A DNA stretch of 64,000 nt from Octopus sinensis (lineage: Eukaryota): positions 96,162,001-96,226,000 of the forward strand of contig NC_043003.1 in assembly GCF_006345805.1 (NCBI RefSeq). Reading direction: 5' to 3'. The notes under the pieces were generated by a model. That model worked only from the letters and a program-made list of their open reading frames with translations, did no database searches and was not told where the DNA came from. Position 1 is the stretch's first letter. Each line of letters starts with the position of its first letter. Made by a program: the position numbers and the translations under genes. Of the stretch, positions 52,351 to 64,000 are shown in pieces.

Positions 52351-52434
52351 TTTGAGAAATATGCAAAGCAAAATACTCATCAGACCTTAGACTTGAAAGG
52401 TTTGGTGCGGAATTTGGTCCTAATTGAAGATTTT
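52351..52434 (+). CDS. ABCA1: ABCA1-like coding exon 7 (FEKYAKQNTHQTLDLKGLVRNLVLIEDF)
   Basis: tgtatttcag acceptor, GTAAGT donor at 52435, 84 nt, phase 0 to 0. Position matches a small ABCA1 exon, but sequence similarity is weak. Confidence 0.78.
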
Positions 52435-53725
52435 GTAAGTTGAATTTATCACTATTCAGCATATAAAAAAATGTTCTTTTTCTTTATTTATAATGAATTT
52501 ACATTTACATTAATTATAATTTTCCATAATATATATTTTACATTCTTAATTATTAGAATAAACTTCAGTATAACATCTTAGTACTGTATCTGAGAAACCA
52601 GATTTTATTATTCATTCCTTTCTCCCATCATCATTCATTCATTTAACGTCCACTTTCCATGCTGGCATGGGTTGGACGATTTGAGTGAGAACTGACAAAC
52701 CTAATGGCTACGCCAGTCTCCAATCTGATCTGGCAGAGTTTCTACAGCTGGATGCCCTTTCTAATGCCAACCACTCCGATAGTGTAGTGGGTGCTTTTAC
52801 GTGTCACTGACCCGAGGGCCAGTCTGGTAGTACTGGCAATGGTCATGCTCGAAATGGTGTTTTTTACGTGCCACCTGCATAGGAGTCAGTCTAGCAGTCA
52901 GTCTGGCAATGACCTCGCTCGAATGTTTTGTTCACGTGCCAGTAAGGTGATGCTGGTAATGATCATGCTCAAATGGTGCGCAGAAGCCAGACAGCTGCTC
53001 TGGCAGTGTTACCGCTCGGATGGAGCTGTTAGTGATCCACTGGCACGGGTGCCAGCCATCAAATTTGGTTCAATTTTGATTTCACTTGCCCCAGCAGGTC
53101 TTCGTAAGCAGAGTTTAGTGTCCAATGAAGGGAGGTTGGCATGGGTGCCAGTCACCGAATTTGGTTCGATACACAGCAAATAAATATTTAGAAAATTAGA
53201 AGAAAAAAGTACAAATTAAATTTCTGTTTTTATTATCTTTAAACATCTGAATGCTGCAGTTGGCTAAGTTAATTTGACAATGAACAACCATCTGGTAGGT
53301 CTATATTTTGTAGATGTGCCGACCCCATAACCAGAATATGTAACATATACCTGGTCTAGTTCAATGCCGGACCATTGTAAATCTGATAATTGTTCTTTTT
53401 AATTTCCAGTAGTGAGTTCATAGTTTCCACTGGATTCTATTTGGAGAGCTGTGAGTTTTACTCTGCTGAATAGACAGTTTTCCTTTCTTTAATCCAAAAT
53501 GCTTGGGGAAACAGAAATGCATGCGCACGCGCACACACTACCTTTATATGTTTATGAGTAAATAAAAGTATGATAATGGTATGAGTGAGTTTAAAGTTAC
53601 TGTTGTGTCCCTGTTATCTATTACTATTTTACATATTCTTAATTTTAAATTCTTTGAGATAAACCATTTCATTTCAGATGAAATAAAGTTTAATTGCATC
53701 ATATCATTCTATTTTTCTTTCTCAG

Positions 53726-53999
53726 TGGAAGAGTATTCAGAAGATGGAATATTTAGGAAAAGTTTTTACCAATTGGAATGACATAAGTGATCAAATGAGG
53801 AATTTTAATCCACAGTCTTTTACAAATGGTTCTGTTAATTCTACTGCTATTCTTAACAGCATTAGTAACATATTCTGTGGTCGAAATACTTCTGTAGAGT
53901 TTTCTGGCTACCAGCAGTCAAAAATAGCACAAAGGTTGCAGGATTACAGGAGCCGGCCATCTGTGGAAAAGAATTTAGATGAACTGGATGATACAGTAT
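53726..53999 (+). CDS. ABCA1: ABCA1-like coding exon 8 (WKSIQKMEYLGKVFTNWNDI...STAILNSISNIFCGR...LDELDDTV)
   Basis: tttctttctcag acceptor, GTAAGT donor at 54000, 274 nt, phase 0 to 1. Matches ABCA1 SWSDM...STQIYQAVSRIVCG. Confidence 0.92.
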
Positions 54000-55218
54000 G
54001 TAAGTAAAGTAACATTACTTTGCTATGACATTCTTATTAGAGAAATATATTTACTTTTTAGGGTTTTTTTCTCTTGTCGTGTTTCATTAATTTTTTAATA
54101 GAAATGTTGATTAAATAGGAAAGGATTCATAGAAACAATAGAATAATTGGGCATAGTTGCTTCACATTATGTAGTCTTGTCCTACATATATTCAATTTTG
54201 TTGAGCATATTTCATCATCATTATTATTATTTAGCATCCTTATTCCATTCTGATTTGGGTGGGGCCAATATTTAGATTTTTACATCCGTTCTGAAATCAA
54301 ATCTCTTACCAAGGTTGTTTTTACTCTTGATCCATTTTAATGCTATAAGTTGCAAAGTGGAATCGGTTCAGTCCATTGCAAATAAAGGTTTTCGCTTTCA
54401 GTTTGTTGAAAAAAATCATTATTGACTCAAAATCTTTTGCATTATCATGGATTTCAAATAATATCTTACCTATAAAAATATGAAATATAAATTATACTGG
54501 AGGAAAAGCAATATATGCATGCACACACACACACACACACATACTTTTACTTATGCATATTGATTTATTAAATCTAATCTGTTTTAAAACATGTAATAAT
54601 TACTTGTGAAAATATTCTTTTATCTTTCAAGACTTTTTTCAAAATTGAAGTAAACAAAAGAATTGTTACTCATTTTAATTTGCTGTTATAATTTACGGTT
54701 TTGTATTGTGCAAACTATAAGAAACATTTCTGATATTGCAAAAGAGAAGTCATGAAGATAGTGAAAAGAATATAATTATAGAATAGATGTTTTTATTGTA
54801 TTTTGTTTGATATTCAGATTAAATACTATAAAGCATTATATTTTTCACCATTTTGACCTCTTACATGTTCATAATTACAATTAATCATTCTGAAATTAAA
54901 TCTATGCAGAGAAGAACTTTCTCTCCTTATGTCCAAGACTTGAATCAAATCTGTTGTGAGTTAGTCATGGCCTGGGCCAATAATGGCCAAAACCAATCTA
55001 AATTATCTAAGTTATACTCTCTCTCCTTTAAAACTTTGACTAATAATAATTTTATTTGACTATACTTAGCAACAGAAATAATTATTACAAACAAGAGACT
55101 TTTATTGGTTATAAGTACAAATCTAGAGAAATTTCAAAATTTTCTCTAAAATATGTCTTAATTAGTTGAAAATTTATTTGATTTGAAAATGTTATCTCAA
55201 TGTATAATTCTATTTCAG

Positions 55219-55361
55219 CTGATTTCTATAAAGATGTTATGAAATCTCTTGAGGATAATCCCTTAGCTCGCTTTTTATGGAAAAATGTGATAAAATCTGT
55301 CATGTTAGGGGTAATACCCTATGCTCCTGATGCTCCCATTGTCAAGAAGATTATAAAGAAG
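55219..55361 (+). CDS. ABCA1: ABCA1-like coding exon 9 (SDFYKDVMKSLEDNPLARFLWKNVIKSVMLGVIPYAPDAPIVKKIIKK), probable GC donor; gene continues beyond the window
   Basis: tatttcag acceptor, phase 1 to 0. Matches ABCA1 [47 protein letters not shown]. Ends at AAG|GCAAGT. Confidence 0.92.
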
Positions 55362-57672
55362 GCAAGTATTATCTTTTGGGTTTCTAAATATGAAAGAGCT
55401 AGTGAATTTTCCTTTTAATTTTTTAAATAAATAGTTGTTTGTGAATTTATCACATTTACGATTTCCTGGAAATCAATCAAACAGTCCTGAGAGAATGACC
55501 TATAGTTTAAGGCCTAAATGTCAATAAAGCAACAATTAATGTGTTTACTAATAACAAAAACCACATCATAATGGAAGAATCGTGCATGTAATGGTACCCA
55601 AAATATACTGTGAGACCTCTAGAAGATTAACAACGAATCCAGATTTGCAATGTACTGGATGTGACTATTCCATGTTGTTGGCACCATTATTGTCTTTATG
55701 TCCTGCAATCTTTATTTGATTCTTTACAAAGGTTTCACTTTTTTCTACATGTCTCTTCAGATTCTTCATTTGAAATATTAGAATGTTGTGTGACATGTGT
55801 ATTTTCAGTAAAAACAGAGATTGAAAATAAATCCAATTATTATTAAGTTAACATAATCCTTTCCTTCAGAAGATTCTTCTTAACCGTTTTTGTACTATAT
55901 TTCTGCTAAAATACAATGTCTGTTTTTTTTTGTTTGTTTGTTTTTTTGTTAATTTTGAAAATAATGAAGAATTTAATAAAATAACTTTATCATTTCTAAA
56001 ATGTTGTTTGAAATTTAAATTAACAGGAAGTATCAATGAAATTTTTAATTTCGACCACTTTAACTAGTAAGTTTGTATCTTAACATCAGAGATAGTTTCA
56101 GATGGATTGGTATCAAAGTGAAACAAATCAATATAATTAAAACTTTATGACTCTCATAACATTGTGAAAATTTATAAACATTTTGATTAATGCTAACAGG
56201 AAAGACACGTTTTTTTTTTTTTTTTTTTATTTTTTTTTATTTTTGAATAGAATATTTCTCTTCTTAATTTGGTCAAAAAGAAAGAAAATCTCTGAATATA
56301 TATGTATAATTATTTGAGAAGTGGACTTTTGACATAAAGTGTAACATAAATATTTTCTAAGAAATATATTTATCAACCTTAACTATGTGTTGATTTAAGA
56401 AATTTAGATAAGAAAATTGAAAAATGTTTATATAGATAAGTTTGTACATCTGATAAGTTTGTATGGCTGATTTTCTTTTACATTCATTAATAGTAAACTG
56501 AGCAAAAAATGAAACAGTGTGTTTTTTAGAGTATAGAAAGTTCAAGAAAAATAATGTTATATTTTTGTCTATGCAAGGTTATACTAGATGTCTGAAATGC
56601 TCTCAATGGGATTGAACCTAGAACCACATGATTGTGAAACAAACTTTACCAAATGGCCATGATTTCAGCCATGTTACATACAAGTCATATGTAATATATA
56701 TTGAATATGTAAAGTGGTGAGCTGGCAGAACTGTTAGCACACCAGGCAAAATGCTTAGCAGCATTTCGTCTACCCATATGCTCTGCGTTCAAATTCCACC
56801 AAGGTTGATTTTGCCTTCTATTCTTTCATGGTCAATAAAATAAGTACCAGTTGGGCACTGGGATTAATGTAATTGACTCACCTATTCCCTCAAAATTGTT
56901 AGCCTTGTGCCAAAATTTGAACCAATATATGTAGCATGTCTGTCATCTTTACAGGAGATGTGGTTCATGTTCCACAAACAGCCTTTGACTTTTTCTCTCC
57001 ACAAAGGTTTCTTAACCCATCATTTACATTCTATTGTTTAGAGCTTTATCTGCTTCAAGTTTCACTGTTCCTAAAAGAATTATTTCACATCTCTCAAAAT
57101 TTATAAGTTCTTATGATGTAAACAATGAATGACCATGAGATTGCACCTAGAAAGTTCTCCACCAAGATACAAGTCTAGGCAAGGTTGTTTATGGAAGGCC
57201 AGAACTCACCCATGCATACCAGCCTCTTCTTTCCATGCCAATGATGTTATCCAAAGGAAAGGCAAAGGCCGATATAGTTTGGCACCAGTGATGCTGCAAC
57301 TTATTTCTACAGCTGAGTGAACTGGAGCAATGTGAAATAAAGTGTCTTGCTCAAGAACACAACTTATAGCCTGGTCCAGAAATTGAATTCACTACCTCAT
57401 GATTGTGAGCCCAACACTCTAACCACTCTGCCATACACCTTTACATGTGTTTGTTTGTGTGTGTCTGTAATAATAATTTGTCACATGGAATCAGTTGTCT
57501 GGCTAATGAGAAGAATGAGAGATAAAAGTGGGATATTCAATCTTTATTGTCCATATGCCTTTGACTGATAATAGAATTTTTGCAAAGTAAAAGGAACAGA
57601 GCTACAAATTAAATCTGAGTATTTGATTTTCTGCGAACTAATTTACTGACATGATTTAGAAATATATCAAAA

Positions 57673-58052
57673 GGTGTGGCTGTGTGGTAAGAAGTTTGCT
57701 TCTCAACCACATGTTTCCAGATTCAGTCCACTGTGTGACACCTTGGGCAAGTGTCTTCTACTATAGCCTCAGGCCAACCAAAGTCTTGTGAGTGGATTTG
57801 GTAGACGGAAACTGAAAGAAACCCATCATATATCTGTATGTGTATCTTTGTGTCCGTGTTTTTTCCCCGCTGGTGTTGGTGTGTCTAAGTCCCTATAACC
57901 AAGCAGTTCAGCAAAAGATACCAATAGAATAGGTACCAGTCTTAAAACGAGATTTAGTACTGGGATTAATTAACTCAATTAAAATTCTACAAGGTGGTGC
58001 CCTACCATGGCTGCAGTCTAATGACTGAAACCAGTAAAAGATAAAGATAAAG
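57673..58052 (+). mobile_element. tRNA-derived SINE family 1, older copy
   Basis: Same head, body and tail with CpG decay. Confidence 0.8.
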
Positions 58053-59140
58053 ATATTAGGTGGTTGGCTACAGTACAAGATATAAACCGGTATAATCAAA
58101 AATCATTTTCAAAATATACATTTTGTTCCAATTATATCAAAATTTTTAGTGCATAAAATTGTAAAATATTTTAAAAGAATAAATGATCTATAAACTTTCA
58201 GGCAAGTGAAGGCTTTGAGAATATAAGAAACATTTTCAGTGAACTGGTTGAAATTGCAAATAATCCTGATAATATTATTAAGAATTTGCGGAACCTCAGT
58301 AAGATACTGGTAAGTGGATTTTACAATAAGCATGTATAAGTTTATGATTTATTTTATAATGTCAACATATAAGGCAATACTAGCTGAATAAAAATGTATT
58401 CTAAGTTAATAGTGGAAAGTGCCCATTGTAGAAATCATCATTATCATCATAACCATCATCATCATCATCATCGTTTAACATATGCTTTCCATGCTGGCAA
58501 GGGTTGAACGGTTTGACTGAGGATTGGCGAGCCAGATGGCTGCACCAGATTCCAATCTGATCTGGCAGAGTTTCTACAGCTGGATGCCCTTCCAATGCCA
58601 ACCACTCCAAGAGTGTAGTGGGTGCTTTTACGCGCCACCAGCACAAGGGCCAGTCAGGCAGTACTGGCAGTGGCCATGCTCAAATGGTGATTTTACATGC
58701 CACCTGCACAGGAGCCAGTCCAGCGGCACTGGCAATGATCTCTCTCAAATGTTGTTTTTCATGTGCCACTGGCACAAGTGCCAGTAAAGCGACACTGGTA
58801 ACGATCACGCTCAAATGGTGCTTTTTATGTGCCACCGGAACGGGAAATCAAGAGAAGACAAAGAAGGATATAAGGATGTGTAGCCTCAGAGATGAGATGC
58901 TATACTTTTGAGATGAATGAAAATGTATCGTATTGCAGATGACCTGGCCTAACTCGTGTCTGCATAATCAAAAGCACTATCTAAACATTACTGAAGATGA
59001 CACATGCTTAGAGAATCAAACTGAGTGATTGTATCTATCTACCTGTCTACCTATCTATCTATCTATGTGTATATATATATATATATATATATAGATCAAT
59101 AAATGGTGAGGTTGTGTTGACCGCACGTGGAGAAATGATA

Positions 59141-59511
59141 AGCAATGAAAAATTGTATAAATGCAGAATGCTCGACTGAAAGAAAATTCTAATGAATTGA
59201 GAAAATGAAAAAATATAGAAATATACACAACGAACTCACAATGTATCGGAGTACTTATTTCTTAATTTTGATACATATTACTACTATTAATTTTTATACA
59301 TATTTACTACTATTATTCTTTTGCAAAAAACAATGCAACTTTTTTTCCCCTTTCTCATTTTAAAAAAACCTTTTCACCTAACTATTCTTGATAAGCCAAA
59401 CTATGACGAAAACCGGTTTGAATAAATATATATTCTATATTTTTTCATTTTCTCAATTCATTAGAATTTTCTTTCAGTCAAGCTTCTGCATTTATACAAT
59501 TTTTCATTGCT
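59141..59511. repeat. Inverted repeat (~85-nt arms, 59141-59225 and 59428-59511) enclosing a hammerhead-like motif
   Basis: agcaatgaaaaattgtataaatgcagaa.. versus ..ttctgcatttatacaatttttcattgct. Confidence 0.88.
59383..59424 (+). ncRNA. Type I minimal hammerhead ribozyme-like motif, U3-A8 core variant
   Basis: TATTC-TTGATAA-GCCA-aacta-TGAC-GAAA-ACCGGT-TT-GAATA: 5-bp stem I, 4-bp stem II with one mismatch, palindromic stem III. Confidence 0.62.
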
Positions 59512-59527
59512 ATATATATTATATATA

Positions 59528-59566
<39 letters not shown>

Positions 59567-59611
59567 ATATATATGTATAATATATATAATGTATATATAT
59601 ATAGATATAGT

Positions 59612-59660
<49 letters not shown>

Positions 59661-60358
59661 GTATATATAATATATATATATGTATATGTATATATATGTA
59701 TATATATAGATATATGTATATATATATATATGTATATATGTATATATATATATATGTATATATGTATATATATATATATGTATATATAGCATGTCTATAT
59801 ATATATATATGTATAGATATATAGATATATATATATAATATATTATGTATGAGATATATATATATATGTATATATATATTATAGTATATATATATTATGT
59901 ATATATATATATATGTAATATATATATTGTATATATATATATATGTATATTATATATGGATATATATATATGTTATATATATATATGTTATATATATATA
60001 TATGTATATAATATATATGTATATAATATATATATGTATATATATAGATATGTATATTATGTATATATATATATATATGTATATATATATGTATATATAT
60101 ATATGTATATATATATGTATATATATATATATGTGTATATATAATGTATGTATATATATATGTATATATGTAATATGTATATGTATATATATATATATGT
60201 ATATATGTATATGTATATATATTATATGTATATATATATGTATATATATATGTATATATATTATGGATATATATATGTATATATGTATATATATATGTAT
60301 ATATGTATATATATATGTATATATGTATATCTATATGTATATATGTATATATATATAA

Positions 60359-60391
<33 letters not shown>

Positions 60392-60677
60392 ATATATATA
60401 TATATGTATATATGTATATATGTATATATGTATATATATCTATATGTATAATATATATATGTATATATATTATATATATATATGTATATATGTATATATA
60501 TATATATGTAATATATGTATATATGTTATATATATATATGTATATATGTATATATATATATAGTATATATATATATGTATATATATATGTATATTATATT
60601 ATTATGTATATATGTCTATATATATGTATATAATATGTTATATATATGTATATAGTATATATATATATATATTATGA

Positions 60678-60716
<39 letters not shown>
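59512..60716. repeat. ~1.2-kb degenerate (TA)n tract
   Basis: Direct inspection. A further (TA)n tract lies at 60812-60940. Confidence 0.97.
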
Positions 60717-60718
<2 letters not shown>

Positions 60719-60837
60719 CAACAATTGAGGGTAAAATTAATTAATTATTAATCAATTTCACCAAGTATTCAGTATGTAAAGGGACCATTATAGGCGAATT
60801 CAAATATTACATTATATATAATAATATATATTATATA

Positions 60838-60925
<88 letters not shown>

Positions 60926-61070
60926 AGTATATATATATGTGTATAGGTGCAGGAAGTGGCTGTGTGGTAAGTAGCTTGCTTACTAACCACATGGTTCCGG
61001 GTTCAGTCCCACTTCGTGGCACCTTGGGCAATATATTTTTAAAAAGTATAAAAAGGAATGATAAATATAT

Positions 61071-61302
61071 AAGTAAAAAAACAATGTACGTTTCATGGCT
61101 ATAATTAAATTCGAATTACAATTAAATTTAAATTTAATTGAAATGAATTCAATTTAAAATTATAGTCAATCTTCAGGTTAAGAATAATAGTTAAATAAAT
61201 AAGCAAATGGAGTTTTAAATTGAATTCATTTCAATTAAATTTAAATTTAATTGTAATTTGAATTTAATTATAGTCATGAAACATACGTAGTTTTTTTACT
61301 TA
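61071..61302. repeat. Inverted repeat (~89-nt arms, 61071-61159 and 61213-61302) overlapping a hammerhead-like motif
   Basis: Arms are reverse complements. Confidence 0.88.
61080..61179 (-). ncRNA. Type I hammerhead ribozyme-like motif with long AT-rich stem II
   Basis: Minus strand AAC-CTGAAGA-TTGACTATAATT...AATTATAGCCAT-GAAA-CGTACA-TT-GTT. The other arm reads GAAA-CATACG-TA-GTT. Confidence 0.6.
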
Positions 61303-61496
61303 TTGATTATTCAAAAATGTATTTTATTTGTTATTTATGATTTGGTTTACGTCTATCATTGTTTGAATTGCATAATAGTGGTTTTATCTCTAATTTATAT
61401 TTTATATATTTATATTGTGAAATTTGATTTAATACTAAATTAAATTTTCCCCTGTAAGTTTGGAGATATACTCCCTAACATATATATATGTATATA

Positions 61497-61532
<36 letters not shown>

Positions 61533-61626
61533 TGTATGCATGCATGCATAACCTCCATCAAAAATCTTGTCATAACATGCCTGACTTTTTAAACATTCAG
61601 GTGAAACAGAATAACAAGGGACTGAC

Positions 61627-61657
<31 letters not shown>

Positions 61658-64000
61658 GTTGTAAGGAGACCATATATAACTAAAAATGCCTTCCATTTCG
61701 TAAAAAATTGGCAAGTTAATTAATTCTGGAAGAAATACTTCAGTAAGAAATAACTTCCAGAAGACAAACAATTTAGAGAAGAAGGATGGCATATGTAAAA
61801 TCAGTGTTATTTCTAGAGTAATACAATACCCCTTTAGGGAGTGGTGTTTGAGAATGAGTTCTATAAAAACCCATGTTATTAAAAGAAAAAAGACTATTGT
61901 AATATTAACAATATTAAAAGCAACATAAATTATTATGCAAAATAAATCAAGCAAAAACAGTACAGCACTAACAAAATACATTATAGTATTTTGTCTTTGA
62001 CCTTGATTCCAATTTTATCCAAGTTTGTCCTTTGTATTTTTGTCCTTGATAAAATAAGTATCAGTAATATATTAAAGGAGATGGATGTGATGCAGTCATT
62101 ATTCTCACCAAATTCAATGATTTGCTTTGTGTCTAACTAAAAAAATCAATAATTACACAAAAGGAATCATTAATAAGAGAAAATTCAGAGAAGTCAGGAC
62201 ATGATATTGAGGGCAATGAGTATATATCAATGAGAACAATATCTCTTTGAAGTAAAGGGCATCTTTTAGTATGTCAGCGTGCTGTAACATATATGGAAAC
62301 AGTATTTTTTATAGAGCTTTCATTGGTGGCTTGTTTATAGCTAGTCCTGGGGGTATGACTTCAAACTGCATCCAGTAGTGGTGCCCTGGTTTGGAAGTTT
62401 CTGGGTTTTGTGGAGTGTGGAACCACCTCTTAGCCATGATTGTTCCCAGGTCTACTCTGATCCAGAGAAGTAGCCCCTGTCTGGGTCCCAGCTTTAGGTT
62501 AATTAACATGTAGTAGCAAGTGGGTGGGTGAGAGGCTAGTCTCTTCAGTTTGGTACAACAACTTACCTGAGAAAAAGACGTTGATGTAAAAACCTATGAC
62601 CTGAGGACCTCACTGTCACAGTCCCAGCTCTCTTGGCCATGGCAATTGAACTCTGAATGTAAGAGATAGGACAGTAGTGCACACTCTGCACTCCACCGAA
62701 AATTCCCATTGCTCTGGCCTGAGAATGTGTCCACGTCCAGAGCCTCCCTCCTCTCCTTCTCAAGTCCTGTCCCATAATTACTTAAGGTTAATATTTCAAG
62801 TGGGGCTAAGGCAGTGAGCTGGCGAATCATTACCGCACCAGAAAAAATGCTTAGTGGCATTTCTTCTGACTTTATGGGGTCAGCTTTGCCTTTCATCTTT
62901 TCTGAATCAATAGAATAAGTACCAGTTGTACACTGGGGTTGATGTAATCAATTTATCTCCTCCCCTCAAATTGCTGGCTTTGTGCCAAAATTTGAAACCT
63001 ATATTTCAACTTGAGCTGAAGAAGAATTTGAGTTATTGAAATGTAATTTTGATCACGTGATAACCTATGCAGAAATATTATTGATGTGAGAAGTCTTTAC
63101 GATATACATAAGAATTTAAGTAACTTGAAGTGGAAGTTATGAAAAGTGCTGGATGTTATAATTTTCATGTTGCTTGAAATATGTAAAAAATTTGTGGTTT
63201 GCTTTTGTTAAATGCCACCAGATTAGATCCACTCTCCACCAGTTATATGATATTAGACTTAGACATAAATCTGTCACAAAATCTAGGACTTATAAAACCA
63301 GAGCCTGACCTGGTTTCTGTGGCATATACGACACTGCATGGTTAACTTCTCAACTGTTGATGAAACTCATTAATATCTGAATGAACTTGAGCATTGTGAA
63401 ATGAATTGTTTTACTCAAGAATACAATGCACTATCCTGTCATCATTATCATCATCATCATCATCATTTAACATCTGTTTTTGATGCTGGCATGGATTTGA
63501 CAGTTTGACAGGAGCTGGACAGCTGAAGAGCTGATCAGGCTCCATGTTTGTTTTGGCATGGTTTCTATGGCTAGATGCCCTTCTTAATACCAACCACTTT
63601 ACAGAGTGTACTGAGAGCTTTTACATAACGCCAGCATGAGTGCTTGTATGTAACACTGGCATAGGTGCTTTTTATGTGGCACTAGCATCCTTGAACCCAC
63701 AAGATTAGGATTGTTCAGCTGAAGAGAGAAATCAAAACCATAATCTAACAATCATTAGTACAATACCCTAACCAGTAGGCTACATACCTTTGTGATATGA
63801 TTTGATGCAAATTCTTGATAAGTTCCTAAATAGATGAAGTAGAGGACTGCATTGAATTTCTTACATAAGCAGAACCCTAATATTAGGCAGGAAAAGAAAT
63901 GAGATTGTGAAATGTTCATGCCTTTCTTAAGTAGCATAAGTGATATCACTTCACTACAACTAAAAGTTGAGATCTGGTCTTGGAATTAGCTTGCTAGATG

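Noticed and set aside
53996-54001. Alternative donor GTATGT four nt upstream of the chosen donor
   Set aside because: It would give phase 0 and frameshift the next exon, which needs phase 1.
59388-60990. Many long Y/I/C/V/M/H/T-rich ORFs (also 32409-32758, 37755-38278, 51654-52355)
   Set aside because: They are translations of (TA)n/(TG)n microsatellites that happen to lack stop codons.
55362-64000. Next ABCA exon (VNKTF-like)
   Set aside because: I found no convincing match with splice sites. It probably lies beyond the window, though a diverged exon could have been missed.

Overview
AT-rich, repeat-dense eukaryotic DNA. The SINE, MITE and microsatellite content points to a coleoid cephalopod, probably an octopus (inference). 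The window holds the 5' part of one + strand gene, an ABCA1-like (ABCA1/2/4/7 group) lipid exporter. Nine coding exons (6319-6384, 18905-19001, 32250-32391, 33938-34071, 42678-42817, 48289-48567, 52351-52434, 53726-53999, 55219-55361) splice in frame to 453 aa, with the intron positions and phases of human ABCA1 exons 2-10 as I recall them. The last visible exon appears to use a GC donor, and it has Tyr (TAT) where ABCA1 has the disulfide Cys355, a possible A-to-I recoding site. Introns contain tRNA-derived SINEs, MITEs (piggyBac-, hAT- and mariner-type), Helitron remnants, fragments of Tx1-, HERO- and R4-like LINEs, and a probable solo LTR. The most unusual signal is a recurring set of type I hammerhead-ribozyme-like folds. 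Four sit in or between long inverted repeats (Penelope-like architecture), two have the compensatory U3-A8 core, and one lies in a terminally redundant 343-bp retrozyme-like unit. All folds were read by eye, most carry damaging mutations, and none has been tested. Most supplied ORFs are microsatellite or SINE artefacts.
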